Source: Thermoplasmata archaeon
GTDB taxonomy: Archaea > Thermoplasmatota > Thermoplasmata > Lutacidiplasmatales > UBA184
Assembly (NCBI GenBank): GCA_049584655.1
Contig: JBAUYF010000007.1
Coordinates: forward strand, 27,288-91,287
Direction of reading: 5' to 3'
DNA length: 64,000 nt
Shown here one piece after another: positions 27,266 through 37,044 of the stretch. The notes beneath the pieces were generated by a model. The model was given only the letters and a program-made list of their open reading frames with translations, did not search any database and was not told where the DNA came from. The first letter of the stretch is position 1. Every line of letters begins with the position of its first letter. The translations under genes were made by a program, and so were the position numbers.

Positions 27266-27277
27266 CGCGACTCCAAG

Positions 27278-28438
27278 TCAGAGCACGCCCATCGCCGTCA
27301 GTTTCTCCGGCAAATAGTGCTCCGTCACGTAGTTGAGTCCGTACTTGGCCAGCGACTGCTGCTCCGCCTTCTTGCCATTTCGCAACATCAGCTCGATCTC
27401 GGAACGCCAGTCCGCGGTTGCAAAGCGCGGGTCGGTCAGTTCGGCTTGGAGGGCGCGCACGTCCTGCTCGGACAGCTTGTCGTGCGGGAGCGCGTAATTC
27501 TCGATATCGGACGCGGTGACCCCGAGGAACTCAGCGGCGGGCGTGGCGAGGTAGTGCGAGATGTGCGCCGTCTTGATCGCTCCGTAGGCGACGGAGGCGA
27601 AGATACGAAACGACCAGGGATCGCCATCCGTGAAGACGACGACGGGGAGATGCAGCTCTTCGTTCATTCGTTTGAGGAAGCGACGGGTCGATCGAGCCGG
27701 TTGTCCCTTCAAGTGAAGTAAAATCGCGTGGTAATCCTCATCGAAATTATTCTCGGCCAGTCGATCTACCATTCCTCCGCATTCGATCGCGATCACGAAC
27801 TTGGCATTCGTCGATAAGAATCGGATCTTTTCCTTCTCGACGTTGAACGGCAGCGCGTAGCCTCCATCGCCGACGTCGTCCTTGCAGTTAATCTTCTTGA
27901 CCGCCCCCTTGCGGTTCGTCTCCCGGATGGTCAGGTCGCCGAGCACCGAGGCGCCATTCTCCTCGGGATGAAGTCGGAAATCTTCCCGAAGGCGCTCGCA
28001 CAAGACTTCCAGATCCTCGATGAGTAGATTCGATTCATCCTCGCTGTGGAACTTCGACTCCTCCCATCCTTCCGAGATATAGTACAGCTCCCGCAACGTC
28101 GACGTCTTGTGGTCGCGGGCCATCTCGTTGATGAAATCTACGAGATAGAACGTGCGCAGCAGCATCAAGGCTCCATCGAGTTTCCGCGCGCTTCGAGTTC
28201 CGAGCGCTCGTCCGAGTCGCCACACACCCTCGCGCATCTGGAACTGGATATTCTGTTTCGTACGAAGCGGAAGGCGCATCCGGGGAATTTCTCCATCCGC
28301 GAGCTGCTGGTAGATTTGGGCGGCGAGTGCCTGGGTCGGCTGTAACGCGTCCGAGCGGATCGCCCGGTCGTCTTCCTCACTCGTCTTCTTCGACTTCGGC
28401 GCTGCTTTCCGCGGCATCGTAGTCCACCTCCTCCCCAT
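27278..28438 (-). CDS. top6A: DNA topoisomerase VI subunit A (Spo11-like)
   Basis: Winged-helix region with catalytic Tyr (LRELYYISE) and Toprim domain ([18 protein letters not shown]). Start is 28438 or ATG 28417, and either overlaps the top6B 3' end. Confidence 0.9.
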   Translation of the reverse strand: MGRRWTTMPRKAAPKSKKTSEEDDRAIRSDALQPTQALAAQIYQQLADGEIPRMRLPLRTKQNIQFQMREGVWRLGRALGTRSARKLDGALMLLRTFYLVDFINEMARDHKTSTLRELYYISEGWEESKFHSEDESNLLIEDLEVLCERLREDFRLHPEENGASVLGDLTIRETNRKGAVKKINCKDDVGDGGYALPFNVEKEKIRFLSTNAKFVIAIECGGMVDRLAENNFDEDYHAILLHLKGQPARSTRRFLKRMNEELHLPVVVFTDGDPWSFRIFASVAYGAIKTAHISHYLATPAAEFLGVTASDIENYALPHDKLSEQDVRALQAELTDPRFATADWRSEIELMLRNGKKAEQQSLAKYGLNYVTEHYLPEKLTAMGVL

Positions 28439-30392
28439 CCGGCGCAGGAAGGGTTTCGCCTCCGGCTTGGGCCGCCTCTATCACCGCACGCGGGAGCCGC
28501 ACGTCCCAATCCCCGGGGAGTGGCTCTCCGCCGAGCAAGTGTCCCTCATCGACGCCCGCCACGTACCACGAAAGGTCGTTCTCCTCCACCTCCGTCCGAG
28601 CCGGAAACGTGAGCGCGACTCGAGTACGATCGCTTGGGGCCAGCTTGGGGAGCGTCCACCAGGCCCTTCCGAGCTCGGGGTCTGTTCCTGCGGGCTCGGG
28701 TTCCCATCGCGCGATAGAGAAAACTTCGGGAGGTACTTCCGCGAAAAGCTCCAATACGCGCGCGCGCGGCGTGTAGTTCGTGATTTCCGTATCGAACCGG
28801 ATTCCTCCCGTGATTTCCGGAGTTGACGTCTCTAGATTCACAACATCCATGATCCGCGTGATGACCGGCGTGAGGTCCGGGACTGGCTTTCCCACCAAGT
28901 GGCTGGTCTTCTCGGCCAATTTCGGAAGGATCTTGAGGATGATCGCAAATTTCTCCGTGGCAAACTCTCGACGAGTCTTACGGGAGAGATGGGTGCGCAA
29001 GTGCCGGGCGGCGGCCTGGAGTCCGAGCAACAATTCCTTGTCGATCTCGGGGTCCTCTGCGACGGCCTCCTTGGCTTCGCTGGTGAAGGGGATTTTCGTG
29101 GAGGCGATGTGAACGAGCAGAAGACACGGCCCACTCGGGAGGCCACTGCCGCCTTTCTGGTCGAGGCCGTAGCGTCGCCAGTCCATGTTCTGGACCGCGT
29201 TCGTGATCGCACACGCCCCTTGTTGGAATAGCAGGGGAACGCGGTTGGCGAAACGAAGCAGCTGGATAGGTTGGTCGCCCGGCAGTCCGCCCCCGTACAC
29301 GAGGCCGACCTCGACGAGAAACGGAAACCCCCCACGGATCTTCGGAGCCCGGCTGACGGGCGGTGCAAAGAACTCCGGCCGTACATCGCCGAGAACATTG
29401 CGAAGCCCCCGTTTGATCAAGAGCGGCCCGATCGGAGACAAGGAGTCGACACTTGGCGCGACGAGGGGAGCAGCATGCAAGGCGGCTAGAAGTCGCTCCT
29501 GCATTTCTCCTAGGATCGAACCCGGCGCGGCCCGACCCGAGATGCCCGAACTAGTGAGCACCTCGCGGAGCGCCCGGGGCCCAACCCCAGCGAGGTCCTT
29601 CGTGAGCATTTCCGCACAGGTGCCCCGCTTCGAGTTCTTCAGAAGGTATCCGAGCTCTCCCAACTCCAGCCCATAGGGGTGAGGAGGAGTTTCCTTGGGA
29701 ACCGCCGGGAGTTCGGTTGTCGCTCGATTCCACGTGACGCGAGTTCCGTCGGGCTCCACGAGTACTATTTGCGCGTGGGGATTGACGATCGCCGTACCCC
29801 GTAGGTACTCAAATGGGGCTTGGCGTCCGCGCACGTACTTCGCTCGGATCAGGAGCTCGATCCGCGTTCCATGCGGTCGGTCCCAAAGGGCCACATCTTC
29901 CGACACGATACGAGGAAGATTCTTCTGGGTGTCGATCAGCAACTCCAGCACGTGCGCGGCTTCTTCTTCCTCGACTTTGGAGGTGATTCGAGCCGGACGC
30001 GCGGTCGTGAGGGCGGCGTAGAGGATGGCCGCCGAAATCCCGATCCCTTGCTGCCCTCGTGACTGACGATTCGCGTGGAAACGGGATCCGTAGAGAAGTC
30101 GACCGAACACATTGGGAATCTCGCGCCGGAGGATTCCAGGTCCGTTATCCTCGACGGCGACGCGAAGGCGGTCATTGCCTTCCTTCGTGATCTCGACCTG
30201 AATGTCGGGAAGGAACTGTGCGTCAGCGGCAGCATCCATGGCGTTATCCACGGCTTCCTTGACGGTCGTCAAGAGCGCTCGCTGCGGATTGTCGAAGCCC
30301 AAGATCTGGCGATTCCGCTCGAAGAATTCCGCGACGGAAATCTCACGCTGCTGGGAGGCGAGGCGTTCCGCGATCGTTCGAGACGGCGGCAC
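28377..30392 (-). CDS. top6B: DNA topoisomerase VI subunit B (GHKL ATPase)
   Basis: Bergerat fold motifs ([21 protein letters not shown]), then H2TH and transducer regions. 671 aa. Confidence 0.9.
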   Translation of the reverse strand: MPPSRTIAERLASQQREISVAEFFERNRQILGFDNPQRALLTTVKEAVDNAMDAAADAQFLPDIQVEITKEGNDRLRVAVEDNGPGILRREIPNVFGRLLYGSRFHANRQSRGQQGIGISAAILYAALTTARPARITSKVEEEEAAHVLELLIDTQKNLPRIVSEDVALWDRPHGTRIELLIRAKYVRGRQAPFEYLRGTAIVNPHAQIVLVEPDGTRVTWNRATTELPAVPKETPPHPYGLELGELGYLLKNSKRGTCAEMLTKDLAGVGPRALREVLTSSGISGRAAPGSILGEMQERLLAALHAAPLVAPSVDSLSPIGPLLIKRGLRNVLGDVRPEFFAPPVSRAPKIRGGFPFLVEVGLVYGGGLPGDQPIQLLRFANRVPLLFQQGACAITNAVQNMDWRRYGLDQKGGSGLPSGPCLLLVHIASTKIPFTSEAKEAVAEDPEIDKELLLGLQAAARHLRTHLSRKTRREFATEKFAIILKILPKLAEKTSHLVGKPVPDLTPVITRIMDVVNLETSTPEITGGIRFDTEITNYTPRARVLELFAEVPPEVFSIARWEPEPAGTDPELGRAWWTLPKLAPSDRTRVALTFPARTEVEENDLSWYVAGVDEGHLLGGEPLPGDWDVRLPRAVIEAAQAGGETLPAPDGEEVDYDAAESSAEVEEDE

Positions 30393-30447
30393 GGGCTTCC
30401 CAGCTTGAAGGCAGGTCTATAAGCCCGACGTTAGAATGGTGGGTGAA

Positions 30448-31263
30448 CTACGGCGGCGCGGACGTCGGGGGTCGTGCATCGACGTCGCGCAGCACCGGCC
30501 GGAACGGCCTCCAATGCGCCGCATCGACGAGATCGATCTCCACCCGGAACAGCCGTTGCTCGGGCGAGGCTCCCTCGAACGGGATCGCTTCCATCGCGAT
30601 GGGCTCCCCCCGCGCGTCCCACGCGTTCGTGCCGCCTCCAAACACTACGCCGTCCTCGACGCCCACGCGATTGACGTAGATCATCGGGGTCGCGTTCTCG
30701 ACCGCCCGCGCGGGCAAGACTTTCTCGAACAATCGCCGTGAAGTTACGGGGGAAGCCGAGACGTTGATCAACAGGTCAGCCCCGGCGAGTGAGAGTCCGC
30801 GTGTGACTTCCGGAAAGAAAGCGTCGTAGCAAATCTCGACGCCGAGTCGGTGGGCTCCCAAAGGAAGCGGGGTGCTGCGATCCGTCGGCGTGAAGAAGCT
30901 GCCTTCCTCGAATGGTCCGTACGTAGGCAGGTAGCGCTTGACTTGCGCGAAGACCGACCCGGAAGGTAAAAAGAGAAGGGCTACGTTTTCGACCTCGCCC
31001 GCCCGGGTGGGTCGCCGGCGAGGGGCGCCAACCAAGATCGCCGTTCGGGAACGACTCGCAAGCTCGACCAGTCGCCGCCATTCCGAAGAGGACTCGAACA
31101 ACGCGAGCGCGTGGATTTGGTCACCCACCCGGTACCCGCTTAGAAACAGTTCGGGAAAGATGGCGAGGTCGGCGGGGGCGGCGGTGATGGACCGCTCTAT
31201 GCGGTCGATGTTCGCGGCGACCTGATGCGGAACCGGCGTCAGCTGGCCTAGGGTGAGGCGCAT
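30448..31263 (-). CDS. carbon-nitrogen hydrolase (nitrilase superfamily)
   Basis: Catalytic E (FPELFLSGY) and C (VEICYDAFFPE) motifs. The ATG at 31263 overlaps the upstream membrane-protein stop (TGATG). The long N-extension of ORF 30448..31767 is rejected. Confidence 0.85.
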   Translation of the reverse strand: MRLTLGQLTPVPHQVAANIDRIERSITAAPADLAIFPELFLSGYRVGDQIHALALFESSSEWRRLVELASRSRTAILVGAPRRRPTRAGEVENVALLFLPSGSVFAQVKRYLPTYGPFEEGSFFTPTDRSTPLPLGAHRLGVEICYDAFFPEVTRGLSLAGADLLINVSASPVTSRRLFEKVLPARAVENATPMIYVNRVGVEDGVVFGGGTNAWDARGEPIAMEAIPFEGASPEQRLFRVEIDLVDAAHWRPFRPVLRDVDARPPTSAPP

Positions 31264-31724
31264 CAGTAGAAGTACCGTCGCACGGCCAAAAGGTAGACGA
31301 ACAGCACGAGGAACAAGACGAACAAGACCGAGATCGATCCGATGAAGAACAGGTACGCCTCCGAGAGGAAGACCAACACGATCAATGTCCAGAGCGCCCA
31401 CGTCTCCTGGCGCCAGAGCGCCGTGGCGACGACCAGGAGCGTGATGCCCAGCGCCGAGAGTATGAGCGCCCCGAGGGTCGTTATGGAGTGCACGATGTTG
31501 AGCGAAACGGGGACGAGCGCCGGAAAACTCTCCGACATGAGAAAGAGGAGGCCCGCGAGGATAAGGAGCACCCCGGCGATGGCGATCAGGATGCTGAGAA
31601 TCCCGATGCCAATCGGGAGGCGCGGTCGGATCGGCTCGGGCTCCCAGCGCGGAGGCAGGTGGTCGATCTCGACTGCCGTCGAGGGGTCCGCAGACGCGGT
31701 AGCCGTGGAGCTCGCGGGGGCCAT
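31263..31724 (-). CDS. four-TM membrane protein, paralogue of 9775..10185
   Basis: 153 aa. Shares the C-terminal motif with 9775..10185. Its stop overlaps the nitrilase start by 1 nt. Confidence 0.6.
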   Translation of the reverse strand: MAPASSTATASADPSTAVEIDHLPPRWEPEPIRPRLPIGIGILSILIAIAGVLLILAGLLFLMSESFPALVPVSLNIVHSITTLGALILSALGITLLVVATALWRQETWALWTLIVLVFLSEAYLFFIGSISVLFVLFLVLFVYLLAVRRYFY

Positions 31725-31791
31725 CGTTCGATGTTCCGGGGATACATCGAGCCGTCGTACGGGACAAGTAGCTTTCGTTCGACGGGTCTGC

Positions 31792-32847
31792 TCAGAATCG
31801 ACGGGCGGCGGCGCCGCGCGCCAGTCGGTCGAGTAGCGTGTGATACGGCGAGGGTCGGATCGGCTCGAGGGCCTGGACAGCGCGCTCCGCCCACCGCGAA
31901 GCTTCTTCCGCCACTACCGTAGCGGCTCCCGTTGACTCGGTCAATTCATGCAAGCGCAGGAGATCCTTGGCGTGTTTGCGGCGGAGCCGGAACAGCCGGT
32001 CAAATTCTTCCTTCTGGCTCGACCCCAGTCGCTGATAAGCCTCGAGAGAGACGAGCGTGGGATTCCCCTCACGAAGGTCCGTGTAGAGCGGCTTCCCTAA
32101 CAGATCTGCATCGCCGAAGACATCGAGCAGGTCGTCGCGGATCTGGAACGCAATCCCCAGGGCGCGTCCGTACGTCGCACAGGCGTCAATGACATCCGAG
32201 GGGGCACCGGAGATCTCGGCCACTGAAGCGAGCGCAGCCGCGACGATCGCGGCCGTCTTGCGCTCCACGACCCGGAAATAGTGTTCCCGTCCTGAGGTCA
32301 GGTCGAACCGACTCGATTCCTGCAAGACTTCCCCTTCGACGAGGTCCGCGCATGCCTCGCCGCATCGCAAGATCACGGTCTTTGGATACTCCGCTGCAAG
32401 TTCGAAAGCCCGGACGAATAGGAAGTCCCCGGAGACAATAGCCATCGGAACGCCGAACGCACGGGGCATCGAGGGACGTCCTCGACGTAGCTCGGCGTGG
32501 TCGATCACGTCATCGTGGACGAGCGTGGCGGTATGGATCAACTGGAATGCGGCGGCCAAGGAGTGGATCGGGCGCGTTTCCTCGTGACCGAGGGCCCGGT
32601 ACAGTACTGCCATGAGGAGGGGACGGACTCGCTTGCCACCGGTGCTGCACGCGTAGGTAGCTGATTCGGTCAGCTGCGGATAGGTGGATCGGAGCACTTG
32701 GTGAAGTCGCCAATCGATATCGGAAAGGTCGTGGACCAGCGCCGGAAGAAGTTCGGAGATATGCTCGAGCGCCTCGACCCCCAGCGTTTCCGTAACGAGA
32801 ACTTCAAGAGGAGGCTCGGCTGGCTCGGCGGGGACCGGGGACGTCAC
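31792..32847 (-). CDS. trans-polyprenyl diphosphate synthase (GGPP synthase family)
   Basis: FARM LVHDDVIDHAELRRG and SARM FQIRDDLLD. GTG start at 32847 overlaps the upstream TGA (GTGA). The longer ORF 31792..33348 is rejected. Confidence 0.85.
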   Translation of the reverse strand: MTSPVPAEPAEPPLEVLVTETLGVEALEHISELLPALVHDLSDIDWRLHQVLRSTYPQLTESATYACSTGGKRVRPLLMAVLYRALGHEETRPIHSLAAAFQLIHTATLVHDDVIDHAELRRGRPSMPRAFGVPMAIVSGDFLFVRAFELAAEYPKTVILRCGEACADLVEGEVLQESSRFDLTSGREHYFRVVERKTAAIVAAALASVAEISGAPSDVIDACATYGRALGIAFQIRDDLLDVFGDADLLGKPLYTDLREGNPTLVSLEAYQRLGSSQKEEFDRLFRLRRKHAKDLLRLHELTESTGAATVVAEEASRWAERAVQALEPIRPSPYHTLLDRLARGAAARRF

Positions 32848-33944
32848 GCGGCGCTCCCGAGCCGAGTCGGTCGACGCAGGCGCATCATCGTGTCGAGACC
32901 GGAAGCCCCGATATAGCGCATGCCTAGCGCGAGTAACGGATTGTAGTGGACAATCGTGTCCCCCAAGAGCTTTATCCGATGCGCATTCGCGAGCGGCCCC
33001 GCCAGATGGGCGCGGAGGAGTGTGTCGTATTCCGCAAGGCTCGTTCCCTCCCGAACACTCTTGGCTGCGACGACCCCCGCATCTCGTCCGGAGATCATGG
33101 CGGTCGGGATACCCCCACCGTTGGTCGCCATCACCAGATTGGCCGCGTCGCCGACGAACAGGGCGCGACCCCGCACCGCGCTCGCCGGGGGTGGCCCGAT
33201 CGGAACCCACCAGCGCGTGAGGTCGAATGGTTCGTTCAACCCGAAACGCTGGCGGAAGTGCTCGAGCAGTCGACTTAGCGTTTGGCCGCGGGGGAGCCGC
33301 GCGACCCCTAACCCCACGTTGGCGTCGCTCTCCTTCGGAATGACCCACGCGTAGCCGCCCGGAGCCACCCGCCCGAAGTAGAGGGCGATCTCGTCCGCGA
33401 AGTGGCCCTCTACGGTCGCCGTGATCATCCGAAACATCTCACGAGGAATCGCGAACCCCGTTCCTCGCGCGACGGTCGAGATCGGACCGTCCGCGCCGAT
33501 GATCACCTCCGCGCGGACCGTCGTGCCGCCGGAGAAGGAGATCTCCGAGTCCTGCACACGCGTTACGCCGCACGGAAATCGCAGCTCTGCGCCCGCGCCT
33601 TCCGCTTGATACGCGAGGGCCTTATCGAACGCTCGGCGAGATACCGAGTAACCGTCCAGCGGGAACCGATAGCGACGCCCGTAGGGCGAAACGCAGACCA
33701 TCCAGTGCGTCGCGCGCAGGATCGTTTCGCTCGGTATATCGAACGAATCATCGATAACCTCGGGGCAATCGAACAGATCCTTGAGTTCGGTCGGTGTGGG
33801 GAGGAACTCCCCACACTGTACGGGATGGCCCAGTTCTGGGCGCTGATCGACGAGGAGCGTCTTAGCGCCGTTCCGCGCGGCAAATTTCGCCGCCAAGCTC
33901 CCGCCCGGGCCGGCTCCCACGACCACGACGTCGAAATGCTCCAC
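32844..33944 (-). CDS. geranylgeranyl reductase family flavoprotein
   Basis: FDVVVVGAGPGGSLAA FAD-binding motif, GEFLP, and GDAANLVMATNGGGI. GTG start lies 6 nt after the nuoN stop. Confidence 0.85.
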   Translation of the reverse strand: MEHFDVVVVGAGPGGSLAAKFAARNGAKTLLVDQRPELGHPVQCGEFLPTPTELKDLFDCPEVIDDSFDIPSETILRATHWMVCVSPYGRRYRFPLDGYSVSRRAFDKALAYQAEGAGAELRFPCGVTRVQDSEISFSGGTTVRAEVIIGADGPISTVARGTGFAIPREMFRMITATVEGHFADEIALYFGRVAPGGYAWVIPKESDANVGLGVARLPRGQTLSRLLEHFRQRFGLNEPFDLTRWWVPIGPPPASAVRGRALFVGDAANLVMATNGGGIPTAMISGRDAGVVAAKSVREGTSLAEYDTLLRAHLAGPLANAHRIKLLGDTIVHYNPLLALGMRYIGASGLDTMMRLRRPTRLGSAA

Positions 33945-33950
33945 GGCCCT

Positions 33951-35549
33951 TCACGCCCCGACCGCCACGAAATGCTGTGCGGCGGAAGAGATCGCGGCAA
34001 GGACCGGCTGCGGGTAAATGCCCAGCGCCACGATCGCAAAGGTCGCGAGGCCGATCGCCATCGCGCGACCGTACCCGATTCCTCCGAGCGGTAAAGGATC
34101 GGCACCGGACGCGCCCTGAATACCTGCGGTATGCGGAGAACCCGCGATGGCACGGTCGGGTTGGTCCATGTACATCACCTTGAGGACGCGTGCGTAGTAG
34201 AAGACGGATAGGGCGCTATTGAGCAGCCCCGCGATCGCAAGATAGACGAAGAACCCTTGCGCCTGGATCGCGGACGAGAAGAGAATGAATTTCGACACGA
34301 AGCCGATCGTGAGGGGAACGCCGGCGAGCGAGAGTAGCATCAGCGCGAACGACGTACCCAGCAACGGTCGTCGAACCCCGAATCCCTTCCAGTCTTCGAT
34401 GAGGGGGCCGACGCCGAGCGATGCCGCCGCCGCCACGACGAGAAACGCGCCGGCTTTCATGAAGACATGGGCGAAGATCTGGAGGGTAGCACCCGTGATC
34501 GCCGGGGCGGTTCCGATCGTGATCCCGATCAGCATGTAGCCTGCTTGCGAGATCGACGAATAGGCGAGCATTCGCTTCATCGAGCGCTGCATCAAGGCCA
34601 AGACATTCCCCACGGTCATCGTCAGCACGGCCATCGCGCCGAGCGTGATCTGTAGTATCGGCCCGAGGTCCGTGGGGGTCGACCCATTTCCGATCGGACT
34701 TGTCGCGGAGCTTACAAAGAGGACCGGACCCAAGAAGACGAGGAAGAAGGCGAAAAGGCCGATTTTCTTTGTCCCACCGGCGAGGAACGCCGAGACATCA
34801 TTCGGCGCGCCGTCGTAGACATCGACCGCCCATGCGTGGAAGGGAACGGCCGTTACCTTGAACGCCAAGCCGGCGATCAGAAACCCATAGCCGACGAGTA
34901 CGAGGTTCGGCAAGCCGACGGAGCCGCCTTCGGCTCGGATCGCGAAGAGATTCGTCGTTCCATAGGCTCCGAAGATCAGTGACGCTCCGTAGAACGAGAG
35001 CACCGTCGAGAGCGCGCCGATAATGTAGAACTTCATCGCGGCTTCCATGCCACGCGGATCCTTCCGCAGGTAGCCGACCATCAGATACGTGGAGATCCCC
35101 GTGATCTCGATCGCGATCAGCAGAAAGATCAGGTCGGCTGCCACCGCGACCAAGAGCATTCCAAGGGTCGCGATCAAAAGAAGCCCGAAGAACGTCGCCG
35201 CTCCGGGGTCGCGCGAGGGGCGCGAGAGCGACGCGAGTGCTACGAGTAAGGCGCTGACGAGAAAGATCCCTTGGAAGATCAGACCCAACGAGCTGAACGT
35301 AAAGAGGGCAGTCAGTGAAGGATGGAGAGGATCGATCTGCGACGCGGGGATCGTCGCCATCCCGGAGAGCGGCGAAAAGCGTAGGTCCGCCACGACCAAC
35401 AGTAACGCAGCCAGTGTACCCACGACCGCGACCCCGCCGAGCACTTCGAGCCGCCGGACCCCGACGACCTCGAGGAGAAAGACGAGAAGCGCGGCCGCGA
35501 GGAGGATGAGCTCGGGCAGCCATGGAAGGGCGAACGAGGCGAGATTCAT
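33951..35549 (-). CDS. nuoN: NADH-quinone oxidoreductase subunit N
   Basis: 532 aa, 14-TM antiporter-like subunit. Last gene of the contiguous nuo gene string. Confidence 0.85.
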   Translation of the reverse strand: MNLASFALPWLPELILLAAALLVFLLEVVGVRRLEVLGGVAVVGTLAALLLVVADLRFSPLSGMATIPASQIDPLHPSLTALFTFSSLGLIFQGIFLVSALLVALASLSRPSRDPGAATFFGLLLIATLGMLLVAVAADLIFLLIAIEITGISTYLMVGYLRKDPRGMEAAMKFYIIGALSTVLSFYGASLIFGAYGTTNLFAIRAEGGSVGLPNLVLVGYGFLIAGLAFKVTAVPFHAWAVDVYDGAPNDVSAFLAGGTKKIGLFAFFLVFLGPVLFVSSATSPIGNGSTPTDLGPILQITLGAMAVLTMTVGNVLALMQRSMKRMLAYSSISQAGYMLIGITIGTAPAITGATLQIFAHVFMKAGAFLVVAAAASLGVGPLIEDWKGFGVRRPLLGTSFALMLLSLAGVPLTIGFVSKFILFSSAIQAQGFFVYLAIAGLLNSALSVFYYARVLKVMYMDQPDRAIAGSPHTAGIQGASGADPLPLGGIGYGRAMAIGLATFAIVALGIYPQPVLAAISSAAQHFVAVGA

Positions 35550-35559
35550 GGCCTCCGCC

Positions 35560-37044
35560 TCATGGGAACCCGTACACCGGAGAGTTCGAGATCACGTTCA
35601 CCAAGAGCCCAGGTAAGATCCCGTAAAGCACGATCAGAGCCACGAGGATCGCCATGCCGGCGATCTCGTACCACGGGAGGTCATGGACCCGTTCGGAGAA
35701 TCCCTTCGGCGGACCGAAGAGCGTCCGCTGCATCATCCAGATGTAAAACGCCGCCGTTACCACCAGAATGATGAGGGGCAATAGGACCCAGTAGCCGATC
35801 GCATCCCAGGTGGCGAGGAAAGCGGAGAACTCTGCTGGGAAACTCACCAGCGCGGGAAGCCCTAAGGACGCGAGTGACCCGATCATGATCATCGTAGCTA
35901 AGGTAGGGCTCGCCGGCGTGATGCCGCCGAGCGTGGGGATATCGCGGGTCCCGAAGGTGTGATGGACGCTCCCCGAGGCCATGAAAAGAAGCGCGCTCAC
36001 GACTCCGTGGGCAAACATCAGAAGGACGGCCGCGAGCAGGCCGAGCGACGAGTAGACGGCGATCGCGAGCAGCACGATCCCCATGTGATTGATCGAGGAG
36101 TACGCGACCATTCGCTTCAGGTCCCGCTGCGCGAGCGAGACGAGCGAACCCCAGATGATCGAGGCAAACGCAACGACGTAGAGGAGCGGCGTCAAATGGG
36201 ACATGCCCTGCGGAAGGACCTCCACCGCCCACCGGATCAGCCCGTAGCCCCCGAGCTTGAGGAGGAGGCCCGCAAGAAGAACGGATCCGCCGGTCGGCGC
36301 TTCCACGTGGGCATCCGGCAGCCACGTGTGGAAGGGGACGATCGGGAACTTGACGCCAAAGCCGAAGAAGAGGGCGAGGAATATGAACGATTGGACGACG
36401 GCCGAGAGCCCTTGTGCGGCCGAGAAGATACTCCCAAAGTCGAAGGACGAGGCGCCCGAATAGAACGCCAAGACGAGCAGCCCGGTGAGCATGACGATGC
36501 TCGCAACGTGGGTGTAAATGAAGAACTTGATCGCCGCGTAGCGCCGGTTCGGCCCGCCCCAATAGCCGATGATGAAGAACATCGGGACGAGGACCGCTTC
36601 CCAAAAGAGGAAAAAGAGGAGAATATCGAGGGCGATGAACACCCCGAATGAGCCGAGACATGTCAGGAGAACAAGTCCGAACCAGGCACTCGGCCGCTTG
36701 GACTCGTTCCAGCTGTAGACTACGGTGGCGATCTGAAGGAATCCCGTGAGCAGGATCAGGATGAGACTGATCCCGTCGATCCCGACAGTGTAGTTGATGT
36801 GGAGCCAGTAGAGCGAGATCCATGCGTACGATTCCGTGTAATTGTAGAGCGGAACTCCCGTCGCACTCCGCCCGGCCCAGGAGCCGAATCCGAGGAACAT
36901 TGCGGCGATCTCGATCAGGAAGAGGATCGAGGTGCCGAGCGCCACGTACCGGGCCGATCGCCCCGAGGCGAAGGTCAGGACCGTCCCCAGGACCAGGGTA
37001 GCCAGCGTGAACGAGAGGATCGGGAACACGTCAGCCGCCCCCAA
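35560..37044 (-). CDS. nuoM: NADH-quinone oxidoreductase subunit M
   Basis: 494 aa antiporter-like subunit (WLPDAHVEAPTGGSVLLAG). The TTG start overlaps the nuoL end; an alternative GTG sits at 37029. Confidence 0.85.
   Translation of the reverse strand: MGAADVFPILSFTLATLVLGTVLTFASGRSARYVALGTSILFLIEIAAMFLGFGSWAGRSATGVPLYNYTESYAWISLYWLHINYTVGIDGISLILILLTGFLQIATVVYSWNESKRPSAWFGLVLLTCLGSFGVFIALDILLFFLFWEAVLVPMFFIIGYWGGPNRRYAAIKFFIYTHVASIVMLTGLLVLAFYSGASSFDFGSIFSAAQGLSAVVQSFIFLALFFGFGVKFPIVPFHTWLPDAHVEAPTGGSVLLAGLLLKLGGYGLIRWAVEVLPQGMSHLTPLLYVVAFASIIWGSLVSLAQRDLKRMVAYSSINHMGIVLLAIAVYSSLGLLAAVLLMFAHGVVSALLFMASGSVHHTFGTRDIPTLGGITPASPTLATMIMIGSLASLGLPALVSFPAEFSAFLATWDAIGYWVLLPLIILVVTAAFYIWMMQRTLFGPPKGFSERVHDLPWYEIAGMAILVALIVLYGILPGLLVNVISNSPVYGFP

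Noticed and set aside
30448-31767. 439-aa ORF suggesting a nitrilase with a long N-terminal extension. Analogous extended ORFs are 31792..33348, 43422..44270, 51752..52747, 53964..55175 and 56181..57449.
   Set aside because: The upstream portions are Arg/Pro-rich and overlap a better gene in another frame. Internal starts coincide with stop/start overlaps (TGATG, GTGA, ATGA) or Shine-Dalgarno motifs, and they give family-typical protein lengths.
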